Positions 9,185-20,426 of a stretch of DNA of 64,000 nt are shown piece after piece; the stretch's first letter is position 1, and every line of letters begins with the position of its first letter. A model generated the notes under the pieces. It worked only from the letters and a program-made list of their open reading frames with translations, searched no databases and was not told the origin of the DNA. Source of the stretch: Candidatus Kerfeldbacteria bacterium (GTDB lineage Bacteria; Patescibacteriota; Patescibacteriia; SBBC01); the NCBI GenBank assembly GCA_043799405.1, contig JAZDNT010000001.1, positions 25,752 to 89,751 of the forward strand. Reading direction: 5' to 3'. The position numbers and the translations under genes are program-made.

Positions 9185-9715
9185 ATGGGCGAAAAATTAA
9201 ATCCTGAACCGAATCCTGGAGTCTCTCGCAAAAAAGATGAGGATTTTTTGTCGACGATTAATGCCGAATTTGAAAAAGGTGATACCGCAAAGAACGATCG
9301 CGAAAGGTACAGTGAAGAGATTGATGTTCTGTGTCATAGATACTCCGACCTCGTTCGGATGAGAAATGAGATCGAAGCCTCAAAAGGGAAAGCGATGACC
9401 TACCTCGATACACTTTCGCTGCCGGATGAATCAAGACGCGAGCAGGATATCTTGGAGCTTTCACGGAGGTCTGAACGTATTGTTGATGATGCTATCAATC
9501 ATCTTACTACACACTATAAAATCCTCAATATATTATTGCTCGAAACGCCCGATGATGCTCGAAGAAGTCTCATCAACTTGACGGCCGAGGACGTACGTTC
9601 CGCGAGCGATGAACTCTTGTCACGATACAAGGACATGCAAGACCTTCACGAACAAATAGTAAAGGCTGTGAATCAGTACCGCGATCTTGCACAACAGGCG
9701 TCCCGAAAGCAATAA
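9185..9715 (+). CDS. orphan helical/coiled-coil protein inserted between rpsG and fusA
   Basis: ATG lies 3 nt after the ghost stop. 176 aa, charged and helical, with lower GC than its neighbours. No family recognised. Confidence 0.6.
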   Translation: MGEKLNPEPNPGVSRKKDEDFLSTINAEFEKGDTAKNDRERYSEEIDVLCHRYSDLVRMRNEIEASKGKAMTYLDTLSLPDESRREQDILELSRRSERIVDDAINHLTTHYKILNILLLETPDDARRSLINLTAEDVRSASDELLSRYKDMQDLHEQIVKAVNQYRDLAQQASRKQ

Positions 9716-9752
9716 ATCATTATTCACATTTCAACGTAAGCTCTATACCATC

Positions 9753-9839
9753 ATGCCCAGAGAATACTCGCTCGAAAAGACGCGCAACACCCCGCACCAG
9801 TCGCTGCGCTCCGATGCGGGGCAAGTCGGAATAATGTAA
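9753..9839 (+). pseudogene. ghost copy of the fusA 5' end ([12 protein letters not shown]...DAG...)
   Basis: The first 12 codons are identical in protein to real fusA (9846) but with GC-richer synonymous codons. The copy then degenerates and stops after 28 codons. Confidence 0.75.
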
Positions 9840-9845
9840 TATCTT

Positions 9846-11936
9846 ATGCCAAGAGAATACTCATTAGAAAAGACAAGAAATATTGGAATCCTTGCGCACA
9901 GAGACGCCGGAAAGACGACGGTTTCCGAGCGCATCCTCTTCTATACGGGAAAGAAGCACAAGATCGGCGAGGTTCATGAAGGCGAGGCAGAAATGGACTG
10001 GATGGAACAGGAGAAAGAGCGCGGTATCACCATTACCGCCGCTGCTACGACCTGTTTCTGGAAGGACCATCGTATCAACATCATCGATACGCCTGGTCAC
10101 ATCGACTTTACCGTCGAGGTACAGCGAAGTCTTCGGGTTCTCGACGGCGGCGTTGTCGTGTTCGACGGCGTTGCAGGCGTTGAGCCTCAGTCAGAGACAG
10201 TCTGGCATCAGGCTGAAAAGTTCAAGGTGCCGGTGATCTGCTTCGTAAATAAGATGGACCGGATGGGTGCGGACTTTTACAACGACCTCGCGTCGATCCA
10301 TGAACGGCTGACTACCGATGCTCACCCGCTGCAGCTCCCGATCGGCGCGGCTGAGACCTTTATGGGCATCGTTGATTTATTCGAGCGTAAAGCCGAGATC
10401 TACAAGGATGATCTCGGCAAAGAAATCGAGACTACCGAAGTTCCTAAGAACATGAAGGAGAAGGTCGAGCACTACCGGCATAAGCTCATTGAGGCGATAT
10501 GCGAACAGGATGATAAGCTCCTCGAGCAGTACCTTGCCGGAAAAGAACCTTCTATTCCAGAACTGAAAGTAGTGCTGCGGAAGGCCGTGATCGAGAACAA
10601 GCTCATTCCAGTACTCTGCGGATCAGCGCTCAAGAACAAAGGCGTTCAGTTCCTCCTTGATGCCGTGAACGACTACTTGCCGAGCCCGATTGAAATCCCG
10701 CCGGTAAAGGGAAAAGATCCGAAGACCGAAGCAGAGGTCATAAGAAAGGCATCTGACGAAGAACCGTTCACTGCGCTCGCATTCAAGATCGCGGCTGATC
10801 CTTTTGTCGGCAAGCTCGCGTTCTTCCGCGTCTACTCCGGAACGATCAAAGCAGGTTCGTACGTGCTGAATGCTTCGACCGGGAACAAGGAGCGGATCGG
10901 ACGTATCGTTCGGTTGCACGCGAACCATCGCGAAGAGGTGCAGGAGGTGTTCGCAGGTGAGATCGCCGCCGCAGTGGGTTTAAAGAGTACAACGACCGGT
11001 AATACGCTCTGCGATCCCGACCATCCGGTTGTCCTCGAATCTATAACGTTCCCTGATCCGGTCATCCACATCGCGATTGAACCGAAGACGAAGCAGGATC
11101 AGGAGAAGATGGGCTTTGCGCTTGCACGTCTCGCGGAGGAAGATCCGACCTTCCGTGTGAGGAGCGACGAGGAAACCGCGCAGACGATCATTTCTGGCAT
11201 GGGCGAACTGCACCTCGAGATCATCGTGGATCGCATGAAGCGGGAGTTCAAGGTCGAGGCGAACGTCGGAAGACCACAGGTCGCATACCGTGAGACGATC
11301 ACGATCCCAGCGGAAGCAGAAGGAAAGTACATCAGACAGAGCGGTGGTCGTGGTCAGTACGGACACTGCTGGCTGAAGCTCGTTCCCCAGGAACATGGGA
11401 AGGGGTACGAGTTCGTCGACGATGTCAAGGGCGGCGTCATTCCAAAGGAGTACATTCAGCCGATCAATAAAGGGATACAGGAAGCGATGGACAAGGGCGT
11501 CGTTGCCGGGTACCCGATGGTGGATGTTCAGGCCACTGTCTACGACGGAACGTACCACGAGGTCGACTCATCGGAAGCAGCGTTCAAGATCGCCGCATCG
11601 ATAGCATTTCAATTAGCCGCCAAGAAAGCGAAGCCTGTGCTGTTAGAACCGATAATGAAAGTCGAGGTTGTTACACCCGAATTGTCCATGGGCGATGTTT
11701 TAGGAGACCTGAACTCGAAGCGCGCCTCGATCAAGGAAATGCGCGATAGGGCGCAGTCGAAGATCATCGATGCAGACGTACCGCTCGCTGAAATGTTCGG
11801 ATACGCTACCGCGCTCAGGTCGATGACGCAGGGTCGCGCGTCATACACGATGGAATACAGCCGCTACGAGCAGGTTCCGAGGCACGTTGCCGATGAAATC
11901 ATTGAGAAGAGCGGTAAGGCGGAAAAGGCGCGATAG
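9846..11936 (+). CDS. fusA: elongation factor G
   Basis: [22 protein letters not shown]; full length, 696 aa. Confidence 0.97.
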   Translation: MPREYSLEKTRNIGILAHRDAGKTTVSERILFYTGKKHKIGEVHEGEAEMDWMEQEKERGITITAAATTCFWKDHRINIIDTPGHIDFTVEVQRSLRVLDGGVVVFDGVAGVEPQSETVWHQAEKFKVPVICFVNKMDRMGADFYNDLASIHERLTTDAHPLQLPIGAAETFMGIVDLFERKAEIYKDDLGKEIETTEVPKNMKEKVEHYRHKLIEAICEQDDKLLEQYLAGKEPSIPELKVVLRKAVIENKLIPVLCGSALKNKGVQFLLDAVNDYLPSPIEIPPVKGKDPKTEAEVIRKASDEEPFTALAFKIAADPFVGKLAFFRVYSGTIKAGSYVLNASTGNKERIGRIVRLHANHREEVQEVFAGEIAAAVGLKSTTTGNTLCDPDHPVVLESITFPDPVIHIAIEPKTKQDQEKMGFALARLAEEDPTFRVRSDEETAQTIISGMGELHLEIIVDRMKREFKVEANVGRPQVAYRETITIPAEAEGKYIRQSGGRGQYGHCWLKLVPQEHGKGYEFVDDVKGGVIPKEYIQPINKGIQEAMDKGVVAGYPMVDVQATVYDGTYHEVDSSEAAFKIAASIAFQLAAKKAKPVLLEPIMKVEVVTPELSMGDVLGDLNSKRASIKEMRDRAQSKIIDADVPLAEMFGYATALRSMTQGRASYTMEYSRYEQVPRHVADEIIEKSGKAEKAR

Positions 11937-12077
11937 TCTTCCACAGCGGGTGGGGAAAAATCAGGAACAGTACGCTTGTGAGAAGCGGAGCACGTGCGTC
12001 TATGGTCATTTTTTACCTAACATTAGGCAAATAATTACTTCATGAAATTATTTAAACAGAAAAGAAAGCACAACGTC

Positions 12078-12106
12078 TTGCATTTAGCCGAAAATGTTTG
12101 TATAAT
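12078..12106 (+). promoter_or_regulatory. sigma70-like promoter (TTGCAT-17-TATAAT) upstream of tuf
   Basis: Near-consensus hexamers with a 17-nt spacer in the AT-rich fusA-tuf spacer. Confidence 0.55.
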
Positions 12107-12182
12107 CTATTGTGCTGCAGCAATACAGTGAATTAATGATACGTTATACATCATAGCAATTTCATAAGTAAAGGAATCACAT

Positions 12183-13367
12183 ATGGCAGGAAAATTCGAA
12201 CGCACGAAACCGCACGTGAACGTCGGTACCATCGGTCACGTTGACCACGGAAAGACCACGCTCACTGCAGCGATACTGAAGACGCTCGCCGCGAAAGGTT
12301 TCGCAGCCCAGACAAAGGGCGTCGATGACATTGACAACGCCCCTGAAGAGAAGGCGCGCGGCATTACCATTGCGACCGCGCACGTCGAGTACGAGTCTGA
12401 AAAACGTCACTACGCGCACGTCGACTGTCCCGGTCACGCTGACTATGTGAAGAACATGATCACCGGCGCCGCACAGATGGACGGCGCGATCCTCGTCGTT
12501 TCGGCGGTCGATGGTCCGATGCCGCAGACCCGCGAGCACATCCTGCTCGCAAAGCAGGTTGGCGTTCCGTACATCGTCGTCTACCTCAACAAGGTGGACA
12601 TGGTCGACGATAAGGAACTCATCGATCTCGTCGAGGTCGAGATTCGTGATCTCCTCAAGAAGTACGAGTTCCCCGGCGATAAGACCCCGATCATCCGCGG
12701 TTCGGCGCTGAAAGCCCTCGAAGGAGACGCAGAAGCGGCTAATTCGATCATGGAGCTCGTAAAGACGCTCGATGAGTACATTCCCGAACCGAAGCGTGAA
12801 ACCGACAAGCCGTTCCTCATGCCGATCGAGGACATCTTCTCGATCGAGGGACGCGGTACGGTCGTTACTGGCCGTATCGAGCGCGGAATGATAAAGCTCA
12901 ACGAAGAGGTTGAGATCGTTGGCATACGCGATACGTCGAAGACCGTCGTTACTGGTATAGAAATGTTCAATAAACAGCTGGACGAGGGTCGTGCTGGCGA
13001 CAACGCCGGTTTGCTCTTGCGCGGAACCAAAAAGGACGACGTTGAGCGCGGACAGGTGCTCGCAAAACCGGGGAGCATAACCCCGCACTCCGAGTTCGAT
13101 GCGAACGTCTACGTCCTCACGAAGGAAGAGGGAGGTCGTCACACCCCGTTCTTCAAAGGCTACAAACCGCAGTTCTACGTCCGGACCACGGATGTTACTG
13201 GTGAGGTCGAACTGCCTGCCGGTACCGAGATGGTCATGCCTGGTGATACCGTTGACCTCAAGATAAAGCTCATCGCTCCGGTCGCGCTCGAAGAGAAGTT
13301 CCGATTCGCCATCCGTGAAGGCGGACATACCGTCGGCGCGGGAGTGGTAACGAAGATTAACAAGTAA
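12183..13367 (+). CDS. tuf: elongation factor Tu
   Basis: [22 protein letters not shown]. Confidence 0.98.
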   Translation: MAGKFERTKPHVNVGTIGHVDHGKTTLTAAILKTLAAKGFAAQTKGVDDIDNAPEEKARGITIATAHVEYESEKRHYAHVDCPGHADYVKNMITGAAQMDGAILVVSAVDGPMPQTREHILLAKQVGVPYIVVYLNKVDMVDDKELIDLVEVEIRDLLKKYEFPGDKTPIIRGSALKALEGDAEAANSIMELVKTLDEYIPEPKRETDKPFLMPIEDIFSIEGRGTVVTGRIERGMIKLNEEVEIVGIRDTSKTVVTGIEMFNKQLDEGRAGDNAGLLLRGTKKDDVERGQVLAKPGSITPHSEFDANVYVLTKEEGGRHTPFFKGYKPQFYVRTTDVTGEVELPAGTEMVMPGDTVDLKIKLIAPVALEEKFRFAIREGGHTVGAGVVTKINK

Positions 13368-13401
13368 CGATACCCACCTCACCACAACACTCGCTCTTTC
13401 T

Positions 13402-13761
13402 ATGGCAGAACAGGAAATAAAGACGGCACCGAAAGCCCCAACCGAAGAAGAAGAAGTTCACCAACGTGTCCGTATCAAGATTCGCGCGTACGATCATAAG
13501 GTGATCGACCAGTCGACGAAGACGATTCTTGATACTGCCGAGCGGACAGGAGCGACCGTCAAAGGCCCGGTCCCTCTTCCAACGGAGAAGTCGAAGTTCA
13601 CGGTGATCCGATCCCCGTTCGTCCATAAGAACTCACGGGAGCAGTATGAGATGCGGGTGCACAAGCGCCTGATCGATATCATCGATCCGACCCCGAAGAC
13701 GGTCGAGGCGCTCACGAACCTGAGCCTGCCAGCGGGCGTTGACATCGAGATAAAGATGTAG
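13402..13761 (+). CDS. rpsJ: 30S ribosomal protein S10 (about 20-aa N-terminal extension)
   Basis: [15 protein letters not shown]...KGPVPLPT...RSPFVHK.SREQYE.R.H.RLIDI. Confidence 0.95.
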   Translation: MAEQEIKTAPKAPTEEEEVHQRVRIKIRAYDHKVIDQSTKTILDTAERTGATVKGPVPLPTEKSKFTVIRSPFVHKNSREQYEMRVHKRLIDIIDPTPKTVEALTNLSLPAGVDIEIKM

Positions 13762-13978
13762 TAGGGTATGTGGGACTCAGGTTAACGAGTCGTGTGCGAT
13801 TACAATTTGACCGACTGCAAGTAGGTTCTCAGGCTGATAATACTGGATTCTGGTCCGCGTTAAGCCTGAGATAACGATTTGTCAGATCCCGCATGAGACG
13901 CGAGATTCGAAAACGCGCTCCGGAATTCTGGCAGCGTGAACGGATCTCGCGTTTTATCGTGGTACTGATTATCAATAC

Positions 13979-14590
13979 ATGCATTTCACCATAGCGAAAA
14001 AGATCGGGATGACGAGGCGATTTCGCGATGACGGGACAGTCGTTCCGGTTACCGTGCTGCTGGCTGGTCCGTGTACGGTAACGCAGGTCAAGACGAAGGA
14101 AAAAGACGGTTACTCCGCTGTTCAGCTTGGTTTTGGTACTACAAAACGCTCCAAAAAACCACAGGTAAAGTCGTGGGAAAAGCTCGGTACGTTCGCCACG
14201 GTCGCTGAGTTTAGGGTACCGGAAGGAGAGAAGGCAGAACGTGGGACCGTGATCGATGCATCCTCGTTTTCGCCCGGCGAGATCGTCAGAGCGACCGGTA
14301 CATCGAAGGGACGCGGATTCCAGGGCGTCGTCAGGCGTCATCACTTCGCAGGAGGTCCCGCAAGTCACGGACATAAAGATAATCTCCGCATGCCGGGTTC
14401 AATTGGTGCGACCTTTCCGCAGCATGTGCCGAAAGGTACGCGCATGGCCGGAAGGATGGGCGGAGCGCGCATATCAGTTAAAAACCTCGAGGTGATCGAG
14501 GTGGTTCCTGATCAGCACCTCCTCCTCGTAAAGGGTGCCGTTCCCGGACCACGCAACGGATACATTTTTATACAGACTAGTACAAAATGA
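13979..14590 (+). CDS. rplC: 50S ribosomal protein L3
   Basis: KKIGMTRRF, TSKGRGFQGVVRRH.F. Confidence 0.95.
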   Translation: MHFTIAKKIGMTRRFRDDGTVVPVTVLLAGPCTVTQVKTKEKDGYSAVQLGFGTTKRSKKPQVKSWEKLGTFATVAEFRVPEGEKAERGTVIDASSFSPGEIVRATGTSKGRGFQGVVRRHHFAGGPASHGHKDNLRMPGSIGATFPQHVPKGTRMAGRMGGARISVKNLEVIEVVPDQHLLLVKGAVPGPRNGYIFIQTSTK

Positions 14591-15243
14591 CCACGCCGGA
14601 AGTTACGCTATACAACACGGAAGGCAAGGAGATCGGTACGCGAACGTTGCCGGACAGGATTTTCGGCGTTGCCGCTGATCCGTCGTTCGTCGAACGCGCC
14701 GTTGTCGCCCAGCGGGCGAACTCGCGCGTCGCGATCGCTCATACTAAGACGCGCAGTGAAGTGCGCGGAGGCGGCAAGAAACCGTGGAAACAGAAGGGAA
14801 CCGGCCGCGCACGCCACGGATCGATCCGCTCTCCGATATGGCGCGGCGGCGGCGTTACGTTCGGTCCGAGGAAAGACAGGAACTTCTCGCTGAAGATAAA
14901 TCGCAAGGAGCGGCAGAAGGCCCTCTTCATGGCACTATCGGACAAAATTTTAGAGAAACGTCTCATACTCGTCGATGCGCTGAATTTTCCTGATATCAAG
15001 ACGAAGAAGTTCGTAACAACGCTCAAGAAACTTCCTATCGAGAATACGGTCCTTGTCGTTCTACCGGAAAAGGATGTTGCACTCGAAAAGTCCGCACGGA
15101 ACGTTGCGGGCGTTACCGTGATTCAGGGTAACAGTCTTAATGTGATCGATGTGCTGAACCACCGCTGCATCGTTATGCCGGAAAAGGCGATCGGCGTGAT
15201 TGAAAAGACCTACACGACCGGCAGTAAGAAGGAAAAGGGTTAA
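14587..15243 (+). CDS. rplD: 50S ribosomal protein L4
   Basis: GGGKKPWKQKGTGRARHGSIRSPIWRGGGV. Confidence 0.95.
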   Translation: MTTPEVTLYNTEGKEIGTRTLPDRIFGVAADPSFVERAVVAQRANSRVAIAHTKTRSEVRGGGKKPWKQKGTGRARHGSIRSPIWRGGGVTFGPRKDRNFSLKINRKERQKALFMALSDKILEKRLILVDALNFPDIKTKKFVTTLKKLPIENTVLVVLPEKDVALEKSARNVAGVTVIQGNSLNVIDVLNHRCIVMPEKAIGVIEKTYTTGSKKEKG

Positions 15244-15246
15244 CGT

Positions 15247-15771
15247 ATGGGACTGTTTGACAGGTTTAAATCGAAGAAGGAAAGCATCGGCAAAGACAAG
15301 AAGCCGAAGCATGTCCTTTTGAGGTCCTCAAAGCAGAGGGCTGATGAAGAAAAGCGCCGGCAGTTCGCTGCCGTACCTGCCGCTGGCGTTGCTCACAAAC
15401 CTGCCGAGAGCAAGGAACAGCCATCGAGGCACAAGGAAGACAAGAAACCTGCCGAGCAGAAGACAGCCCAGAAGCGCAAGGGTGCAACCGGCAATGCGTA
15501 CCGCATCCTGCACCACACGCACGTATCTGAAAAGGCAACGGCAGCGAGCGCGCAGAATCAGTATACTTTCGTCGTCGCAGCAGACGCGAATAAAGTCGAA
15601 GTCAAGCAGGCGATCCAGGCGCTCTACGGTGTACGGCCGTTCAAGGTCAATATTTTGAACTACAGGGGAAAGAATATCCGGTACGGACGGACGCAGGGAA
15701 GGACGAAGGACTGGAAGAAGGCGATTGTAACGCTGCTACCCGGCCAGCGGATAGATACGACAGGGGCTTAA
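15247..15771 (+). CDS. rplW: 50S ribosomal protein L23 with ~75-aa Lys-rich N-terminal extension
   Basis: The C-terminal 95 aa are L23-like ([27 protein letters not shown]). The N-terminus is low-complexity and K/E/P-rich. Confidence 0.9.
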   Translation: MGLFDRFKSKKESIGKDKKPKHVLLRSSKQRADEEKRRQFAAVPAAGVAHKPAESKEQPSRHKEDKKPAEQKTAQKRKGATGNAYRILHHTHVSEKATAASAQNQYTFVVAADANKVEVKQAIQALYGVRPFKVNILNYRGKNIRYGRTQGRTKDWKKAIVTLLPGQRIDTTGA

Positions 15772-15775
15772 ACCT

Positions 15776-16606
15776 ATGGCGGTAAAGATTTACAAACCAA
15801 CGAGTCCCGGACGCCGAAAATCATCGGTCAGCACGTTCGATGATATCACGAAGTATGAACCGACGAAGTCTCTTACCGCGATACTAAAATCTAACGCTGG
15901 CAGGAACGTGCAGGGAAAGATAACAGTACGGCACCAGGGCGCTGGGCATAAGCGTTTCTACCGGATCATCGATTTTCTCCAGGATCGGTTCGATGTACCG
16001 GCGGTCGTGCAGTCGATCGAGTATGACCCGAACCGTTCAGCCCGTATCGCGCTCCTTAAGTACCTGGACGGTGAGCAGCGCTACATACTTGCCCCGCAAG
16101 ACCTGAACGTTGGTATGACCGTCGTATCATCCCGAAAACCGGTACCGATACAGGTTGCGAACCGAACCACGCTTGAGCATGTTCCTATCGGTATGTTCGT
16201 CCATAATATCGAGCTGTCCCCGGGTAAGGGAGGGGAGATCGTGCGATCGGCCGGCACCGCAGCAACGCTCATGGGCGTCGAAGGGGAGTATGCACAGGTG
16301 CGGCTTCCATCGGGAGAGATCCGCCTCGTATCGAAACGTTCCACCGCTAGCATCGGTCAGATGGGCAACATCGACCATATGAACGTTCGTCTCGGAAAGG
16401 CGGGACGGAAACGATTCCTCGGGATCCGTCCGAGCGTCCGCGGAAAAGCAATGAATCCCGTTGATCACCCGCATGGCGGCGGTGAGGGCGTCAATCCCAT
16501 CGGCCTCAAGTACCCGAAGACGCCGTGGGGTAAACACGCCCTCGGTGTAAAGACGAGGCGAAAGTATCGACGGTCTGATCACCTCATCCTTGAGAGGAGG
16601 AAGTAA
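15776..16606 (+). CDS. rplB: 50S ribosomal protein L2
   Basis: [31 protein letters not shown]. Confidence 0.97.
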   Translation: MAVKIYKPTSPGRRKSSVSTFDDITKYEPTKSLTAILKSNAGRNVQGKITVRHQGAGHKRFYRIIDFLQDRFDVPAVVQSIEYDPNRSARIALLKYLDGEQRYILAPQDLNVGMTVVSSRKPVPIQVANRTTLEHVPIGMFVHNIELSPGKGGEIVRSAGTAATLMGVEGEYAQVRLPSGEIRLVSKRSTASIGQMGNIDHMNVRLGKAGRKRFLGIRPSVRGKAMNPVDHPHGGGEGVNPIGLKYPKTPWGKHALGVKTRRKYRRSDHLILERRK

Positions 16607-16610
16607 CACT

Positions 16611-16943
16611 ATGTCCCGAAGTTTAAAAAAAGGCCCGTTCACTGACCCGAAACTTATTAAGAAGCTCGGAAAGCTCAAGGCTGGCGATCGCACCGTTGTC
16701 AAAACGTGGTCGCGTGATTCAGTCATCACGCCGGAAATGGTTGGATACACCATCGGTGTCCACAACGGAAGGGCACACATACCGGTGTTCATTGTCGAGA
16801 ACATGGTCGGTCATCGTCTTGGAGAGTTCGCACCGACGAAGAAGTTCGTAAAGCACGGCGGTAGGATCCAGCGCGAAGCAGAGGCGGCAGCCGCCATGGC
16901 TGCCACGGCGAAGCCTGCTACCACGCCGCCTTCAACACCGTAA
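16611..16943 (+). CDS. rpsS: 30S ribosomal protein S19 (Ala/Pro-rich C-terminal tail)
   Basis: [10 protein letters not shown] at ATG 16611, [22 protein letters not shown]. Confidence 0.95.
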   Translation: MSRSLKKGPFTDPKLIKKLGKLKAGDRTVVKTWSRDSVITPEMVGYTIGVHNGRAHIPVFIVENMVGHRLGEFAPTKKFVKHGGRIQREAEAAAAMAATAKPATTPPSTP

Positions 16944-16946
16944 TAT

Positions 16947-17396
16947 ATGGATGTTAGAGCATCACTTCGCTACCTGCGCATCAGTCCTCGAAAGGTGAGG
17001 CTTGTCCTCGACCTTATACGGGGAAAGAACGTCGTTACTGCGCGACAGCAGCTTGAGAACTTACCGAAGCGCTCATCGCTGCCGATCCTAAAGCTTCTCT
17101 CATCAGCCGAGGCGAACGCGCAGAATAACTTCAAGCTTGATTCGAAAACAATGTTTATTAAAAGCGCGTTCGCAGACGAGGGCCCAAAGCTTAAACGTTT
17201 TATTCCGCGCGCTATGGGGAGGGCGACGCCCGTACTGAAGAGGATGTCGCATGTTACCATCATTCTTGGCGAGAAACCGAAACTTCCGACAACGGCGCCA
17301 GCCAAGACCAAGGTAGAAAAAGCGCAGAAACCTTCACAGCATCCGACGAAACGTCCTGATGTAAAAGCTAAAACTTCAAAGGAGAGAGCGAAGTAG
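16947..17396 (+). CDS. rplV: 50S ribosomal protein L22 (basic C-terminal tail)
   Basis: RISPRKVRLVLDLIRGK, RFIPRAMGRATPVLKR.SH. Confidence 0.95.
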   Translation: MDVRASLRYLRISPRKVRLVLDLIRGKNVVTARQQLENLPKRSSLPILKLLSSAEANAQNNFKLDSKTMFIKSAFADEGPKLKRFIPRAMGRATPVLKRMSHVTIILGEKPKLPTTAPAKTKVEKAQKPSQHPTKRPDVKAKTSKERAK

Positions 17397-17397
17397 T

Positions 17398-18063
17398 ATG
17401 GGCCAAAAAGTACATCCAACAGCGTTTCGGCTCGGTGTTAATAAACCATGGAACTCGAAGTGGTTCTCGCGTCAGAATTACAGCGGATTGTTACGCGAGG
17501 ATATCGAGATCCGCAAGCACCTCAGGACGAAACTGCAGGAATCCGGTCTATCCGCGATCGACATCGAGCGCTCGATGAACGGTGTATCGATCACAGTACA
17601 CACGTCTCGGCCGGGAATGGTCATCGGCCGTGGCGGATCTGGCGTTGAGCAGCTGAAACGGGAACTCACGCGTATCATCGGAAAGGGAAAGCGCAAAGTC
17701 GACGTCAAGGTAAATATCCAGGAGGTCCAAAATCCTGACCAGAACGCACAGGTCATCGTCAACAGTGTCATCGATCAGATCCAGAAACGGCTTCCCTTCC
17801 GTCGCGTCATAAAGCACACCGTCGAACAGATCATGCGTTCCGGAGCACAGGGCGCGAAGGTCATGCTGTCCGGCCGTCTCAATGGAGCGGAGATCGCACG
17901 GTCAGAAAAACTCTCGAGCGGGAAGATACCTTTACAGACATTGAGAGCTGATATCGACTATGCGCGCGGTGCTGCTCATACGACCTACGGCGCGATCGGC
18001 GTGAAGGTGTGGGTGTACCGTGGTGAGGTTTTTACAAAGAAAGAGCAGGAGGCTTCGAAGTAA
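17398..18063 (+). CDS. rpsC: 30S ribosomal protein S3
   Basis: MGQKVHP..FRLG, KH domain, GRLNGAEIAR.E. Confidence 0.97.
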   Translation: MGQKVHPTAFRLGVNKPWNSKWFSRQNYSGLLREDIEIRKHLRTKLQESGLSAIDIERSMNGVSITVHTSRPGMVIGRGGSGVEQLKRELTRIIGKGKRKVDVKVNIQEVQNPDQNAQVIVNSVIDQIQKRLPFRRVIKHTVEQIMRSGAQGAKVMLSGRLNGAEIARSEKLSSGKIPLQTLRADIDYARGAAHTTYGAIGVKVWVYRGEVFTKKEQEASK

Positions 18064-18066
18064 CGT

Positions 18067-18480
18067 ATGTTAGTACCGAAGAAGGTAAAGCATCGGAAGC
18101 ACCAGCGCGGGGTCTTAAGCGGAAAGGCGACCCAGAAGACCAAGCTGAATTTCGGGACCGTAGGCCTCCGCGCTATCGAGACTCGGTGGCTCACCGCACG
18201 TCAGATTGAGGCGGCTCGACGCGCAATGACCCGTTTCGTACAGCGGGGCGGAAAGATCTGGATAAGGATATTCCCTGACAAACCTGTGACGTTTAAAGGC
18301 CTTGAAGTCGGTATGGGTGGAGGAAAGGGCGCTGTCGATCACTTCGTCGCACCCGTCAAGGCAGGCACAATACTGTTTGAAATGGACGGTGTCGCAGAAG
18401 CGACCGCTCGAGAGGCCTTGAGGCTCGCTGCATACAAACTTCCCGTTAAGACGAAGATTGTAGTAAAGGGAAACGAATAG
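18067..18480 (+). CDS. rplP: 50S ribosomal protein L16
   Basis: [30 protein letters not shown]. Confidence 0.97.
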   Translation: MLVPKKVKHRKHQRGVLSGKATQKTKLNFGTVGLRAIETRWLTARQIEAARRAMTRFVQRGGKIWIRIFPDKPVTFKGLEVGMGGGKGAVDHFVAPVKAGTILFEMDGVAEATAREALRLAAYKLPVKTKIVVKGNE

Positions 18481-18481
18481 C

Positions 18482-18703
18482 ATGCCAAAGCAACGCGAAC
18501 AACGCCAGGAACTAGCATCGAAAGGTCACCAGGAGCTTACACTGATGCTCGCTGCCGCGCGGGAAGAACTGCGGAGCCTCAGGTTCCGGATCGCATCGAA
18601 CCAGCACAAGGACATCCGTGAGGTCCGCGACGTTCGAAAGCGTATCGCACGAATCCTAACTATTCTTTCACATCGTCCAAGGAAACCGGAGATCAAGCAA
18701 TAA
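18482..18703 (+). CDS. rpmC: 50S ribosomal protein L29
   Basis: Position and the LRSLRFRIASNQHKDIREVRDVRKRIARI pattern. Confidence 0.9.
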   Translation: MPKQREQRQELASKGHQELTLMLAAAREELRSLRFRIASNQHKDIREVRDVRKRIARILTILSHRPRKPEIKQ

Positions 18704-18709
18704 TATTCT

Positions 18710-18988
18710 ATGACATCTCACAATCGCAGCACAAAGAGGAAATTCATCGGGACCGTCGTCTCTGACAAGATGGACAAGACCGTCGTGGTCCGCATCGATC
18801 GCGTCAAGACGCACCGGCGTTACCGGAAGCAGTACCGGGTCAGCCTACGGCTCAAGGCTCACGACGAGAAGAACGCGTTCCACGTCGGTGATCGTGTGAT
18901 TGTTGTCGAGTCGCGGCCCCTGTCTCGCGATAAGATGTGGCGTGTCGTTGCCAAGGCCGCCGGCAGTGTCGAGGAGAAGCCGTCATGA
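18710..18988 (+). CDS. rpsQ: 30S ribosomal protein S17
   Basis: [14 protein letters not shown]....K.H..Y.K; [12 protein letters not shown]. Confidence 0.95.
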   Translation: MTSHNRSTKRKFIGTVVSDKMDKTVVVRIDRVKTHRRYRKQYRVSLRLKAHDEKNAFHVGDRVIVVESRPLSRDKMWRVVAKAAGSVEEKPS

Positions 18989-19356
18989 TCCAGCTCCGCA
19001 CCATGCTCGTATCGGCCGATAACTCCGGCGCTCGGAAGCTCCAGTGCATCAGGGCGCTCGGCGGCCACCGTCGTCGGTATGCGCGGCTAGGCGATGTTAT
19101 TACGGTTTCAATCAAGGATGCAGCACCTCGTGCAGCCGTACGTAAGGGCGAAGTCGCCCATGCTGTTGTAGTCCGACAGCGCAAAGAGTACAAGCGTCAG
19201 GACGGTTCTGCGATCCGCTTTGACGACAATGCGTGCGTTCTCATCGATCGAAAGACGAAAGAACCGCGCGCGACGCGCATCTTCGGACCCATAGCTCGAG
19301 AGCTCAAGGCGAAAGGTTTTACGAAGATCATCTCTCTAGCACCAGAGGTGCTATGA
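18985..19356 (+). CDS. rplN: 50S ribosomal protein L14
   Basis: [18 protein letters not shown]; the ATGA overlaps the rpsQ stop. Confidence 0.95.
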   Translation: MIQLRTMLVSADNSGARKLQCIRALGGHRRRYARLGDVITVSIKDAAPRAAVRKGEVAHAVVVRQRKEYKRQDGSAIRFDDNACVLIDRKTKEPRATRIFGPIARELKAKGFTKIISLAPEVL

Positions 19357-19670
19357 AGTACCGGATGAGGATTAAGAAAGACGATACGGTGCAGATCATG
19401 ACGGGCAAGGACCGCGGAAAGCGCGGTAAGGTGCTGCAGGTTTTTCCGGAGCTCAATCGGATCGTCGTCGAGAATCTCAACATTATGACGAAGAACGTGC
19501 GCGCACGACGCGAACGCGAGAAGGGTCAGAAGATACAGTTCGCCGCCCCGGTCAACTATTCGAATGTGCAACTGGTTTGCGGCAAGTGCAGCAAGGTGAC
19601 AAGACCCGCCGTAAAGAACGTCAACGGAAAGAAGACGAGAGTATGCGCTAAGTGCCATGAGGTGCTATGA
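19353..19670 (+). CDS. rplX: 50S ribosomal protein L24 with C-terminal CxxC...CxxC ribbon
   Basis: [26 protein letters not shown] motif; tail CGKCSKV...CAKCHEV. Confidence 0.92.
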   Translation: MKYRMRIKKDDTVQIMTGKDRGKRGKVLQVFPELNRIVVENLNIMTKNVRARREREKGQKIQFAAPVNYSNVQLVCGKCSKVTRPAVKNVNGKKTRVCAKCHEVL

Positions 19671-20224
19671 CGAACATCAAGAACTATACCGAACGGTATA
19701 CATCCATCGCTGTGCCTGCGCTCAAGAACATGACGGGCAGAACGAACACCCATGCAATCCCTCGGGTTGTGAAGGTCGTTGTGAACGTCGGAGTCGGCAA
19801 GGCTGCGCATGATCAGAAGGAACTAGACGTGGTCGTCCGATCGATCGAACGCATTACAGGACAGAAGCCTGTCCTTACGAAAGCGCGAAAGTCGATTTCT
19901 TCCTTTAAGATTCGTGAGGGAATGCCAATCGGCGTCATGGTAACATTGCGCGGAGATCGGATGCGCCACTTCGTCGAGAAGCTGGTGCACGCCGCGCTCC
20001 CTCGTGTCCGTGATTTTCGAGGCATTGCCGGACAATCGTTCGGCAAGAGCGGCGTCTACACGCTCGGTTTAAAGGAACACATCGTTTTCCCGGAGATCGC
20101 GAGCGACAATGTCGATTCGATACACGGCGTCGCTGTCACGATCGTAACGACGGCACGGACACCGGAAGAAGGTAAGCTTCTGCTCACGAGTCTCGGGTTC
20201 CCTTTTCAAGAAACAACGAAGTGA
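19667..20224 (+). CDS. rplE: 50S ribosomal protein L5
   Basis: VVVNVGVG, FKIREGMPIG..VTLRG.RM..F..KL. Confidence 0.96.
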   Translation: MTNIKNYTERYTSIAVPALKNMTGRTNTHAIPRVVKVVVNVGVGKAAHDQKELDVVVRSIERITGQKPVLTKARKSISSFKIREGMPIGVMVTLRGDRMRHFVEKLVHAALPRVRDFRGIAGQSFGKSGVYTLGLKEHIVFPEIASDNVDSIHGVAVTIVTTARTPEEGKLLLTSLGFPFQETTK

Positions 20225-20230
20225 GGATCT

Positions 20231-20416
20231 ATGGCAACAGCCGCACAGTACGCAAAATCACTTAAAAAAGCCAAGTATTCGACACGCATCGTCAATCGAT
20301 GCTGGCGATGTGGACGCCGTCACGGGTACATGCGTCGTTTCAAGTTGTGCCGGATATGTTTTCGTGAACTTGTGAACCGTGGCGATGTCCCGGGCATCCG
20401 TAAATCCAGCTGGTAG
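20231..20416 (+). CDS. rpsN: 30S ribosomal protein S14, short Zn-ribbon type (61 aa)
   Basis: NRCWRCGR..GYMRRF.LCRICFRE. Confidence 0.95.
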   Translation: MATAAQYAKSLKKAKYSTRIVNRCWRCGRRHGYMRRFKLCRICFRELVNRGDVPGIRKSSW

Positions 20417-20426
20417 GAATACTCGT

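Noticed and set aside
12177-13385. 402-aa ORF antisense to tuf
   Set aside because: It exactly shadows the EF-Tu frame. The composition is D/R/V/E-rich with no motif, typical of an antisense shadow ORF in a GC3-biased gene. The same reasoning applies to 20830-21576(-), 16127-16804(-), 20258-20833(-), 44874-45923(-), 36231-36866(-), 36876-37607(-), 41700-42116(-) and 63421-63962(-).
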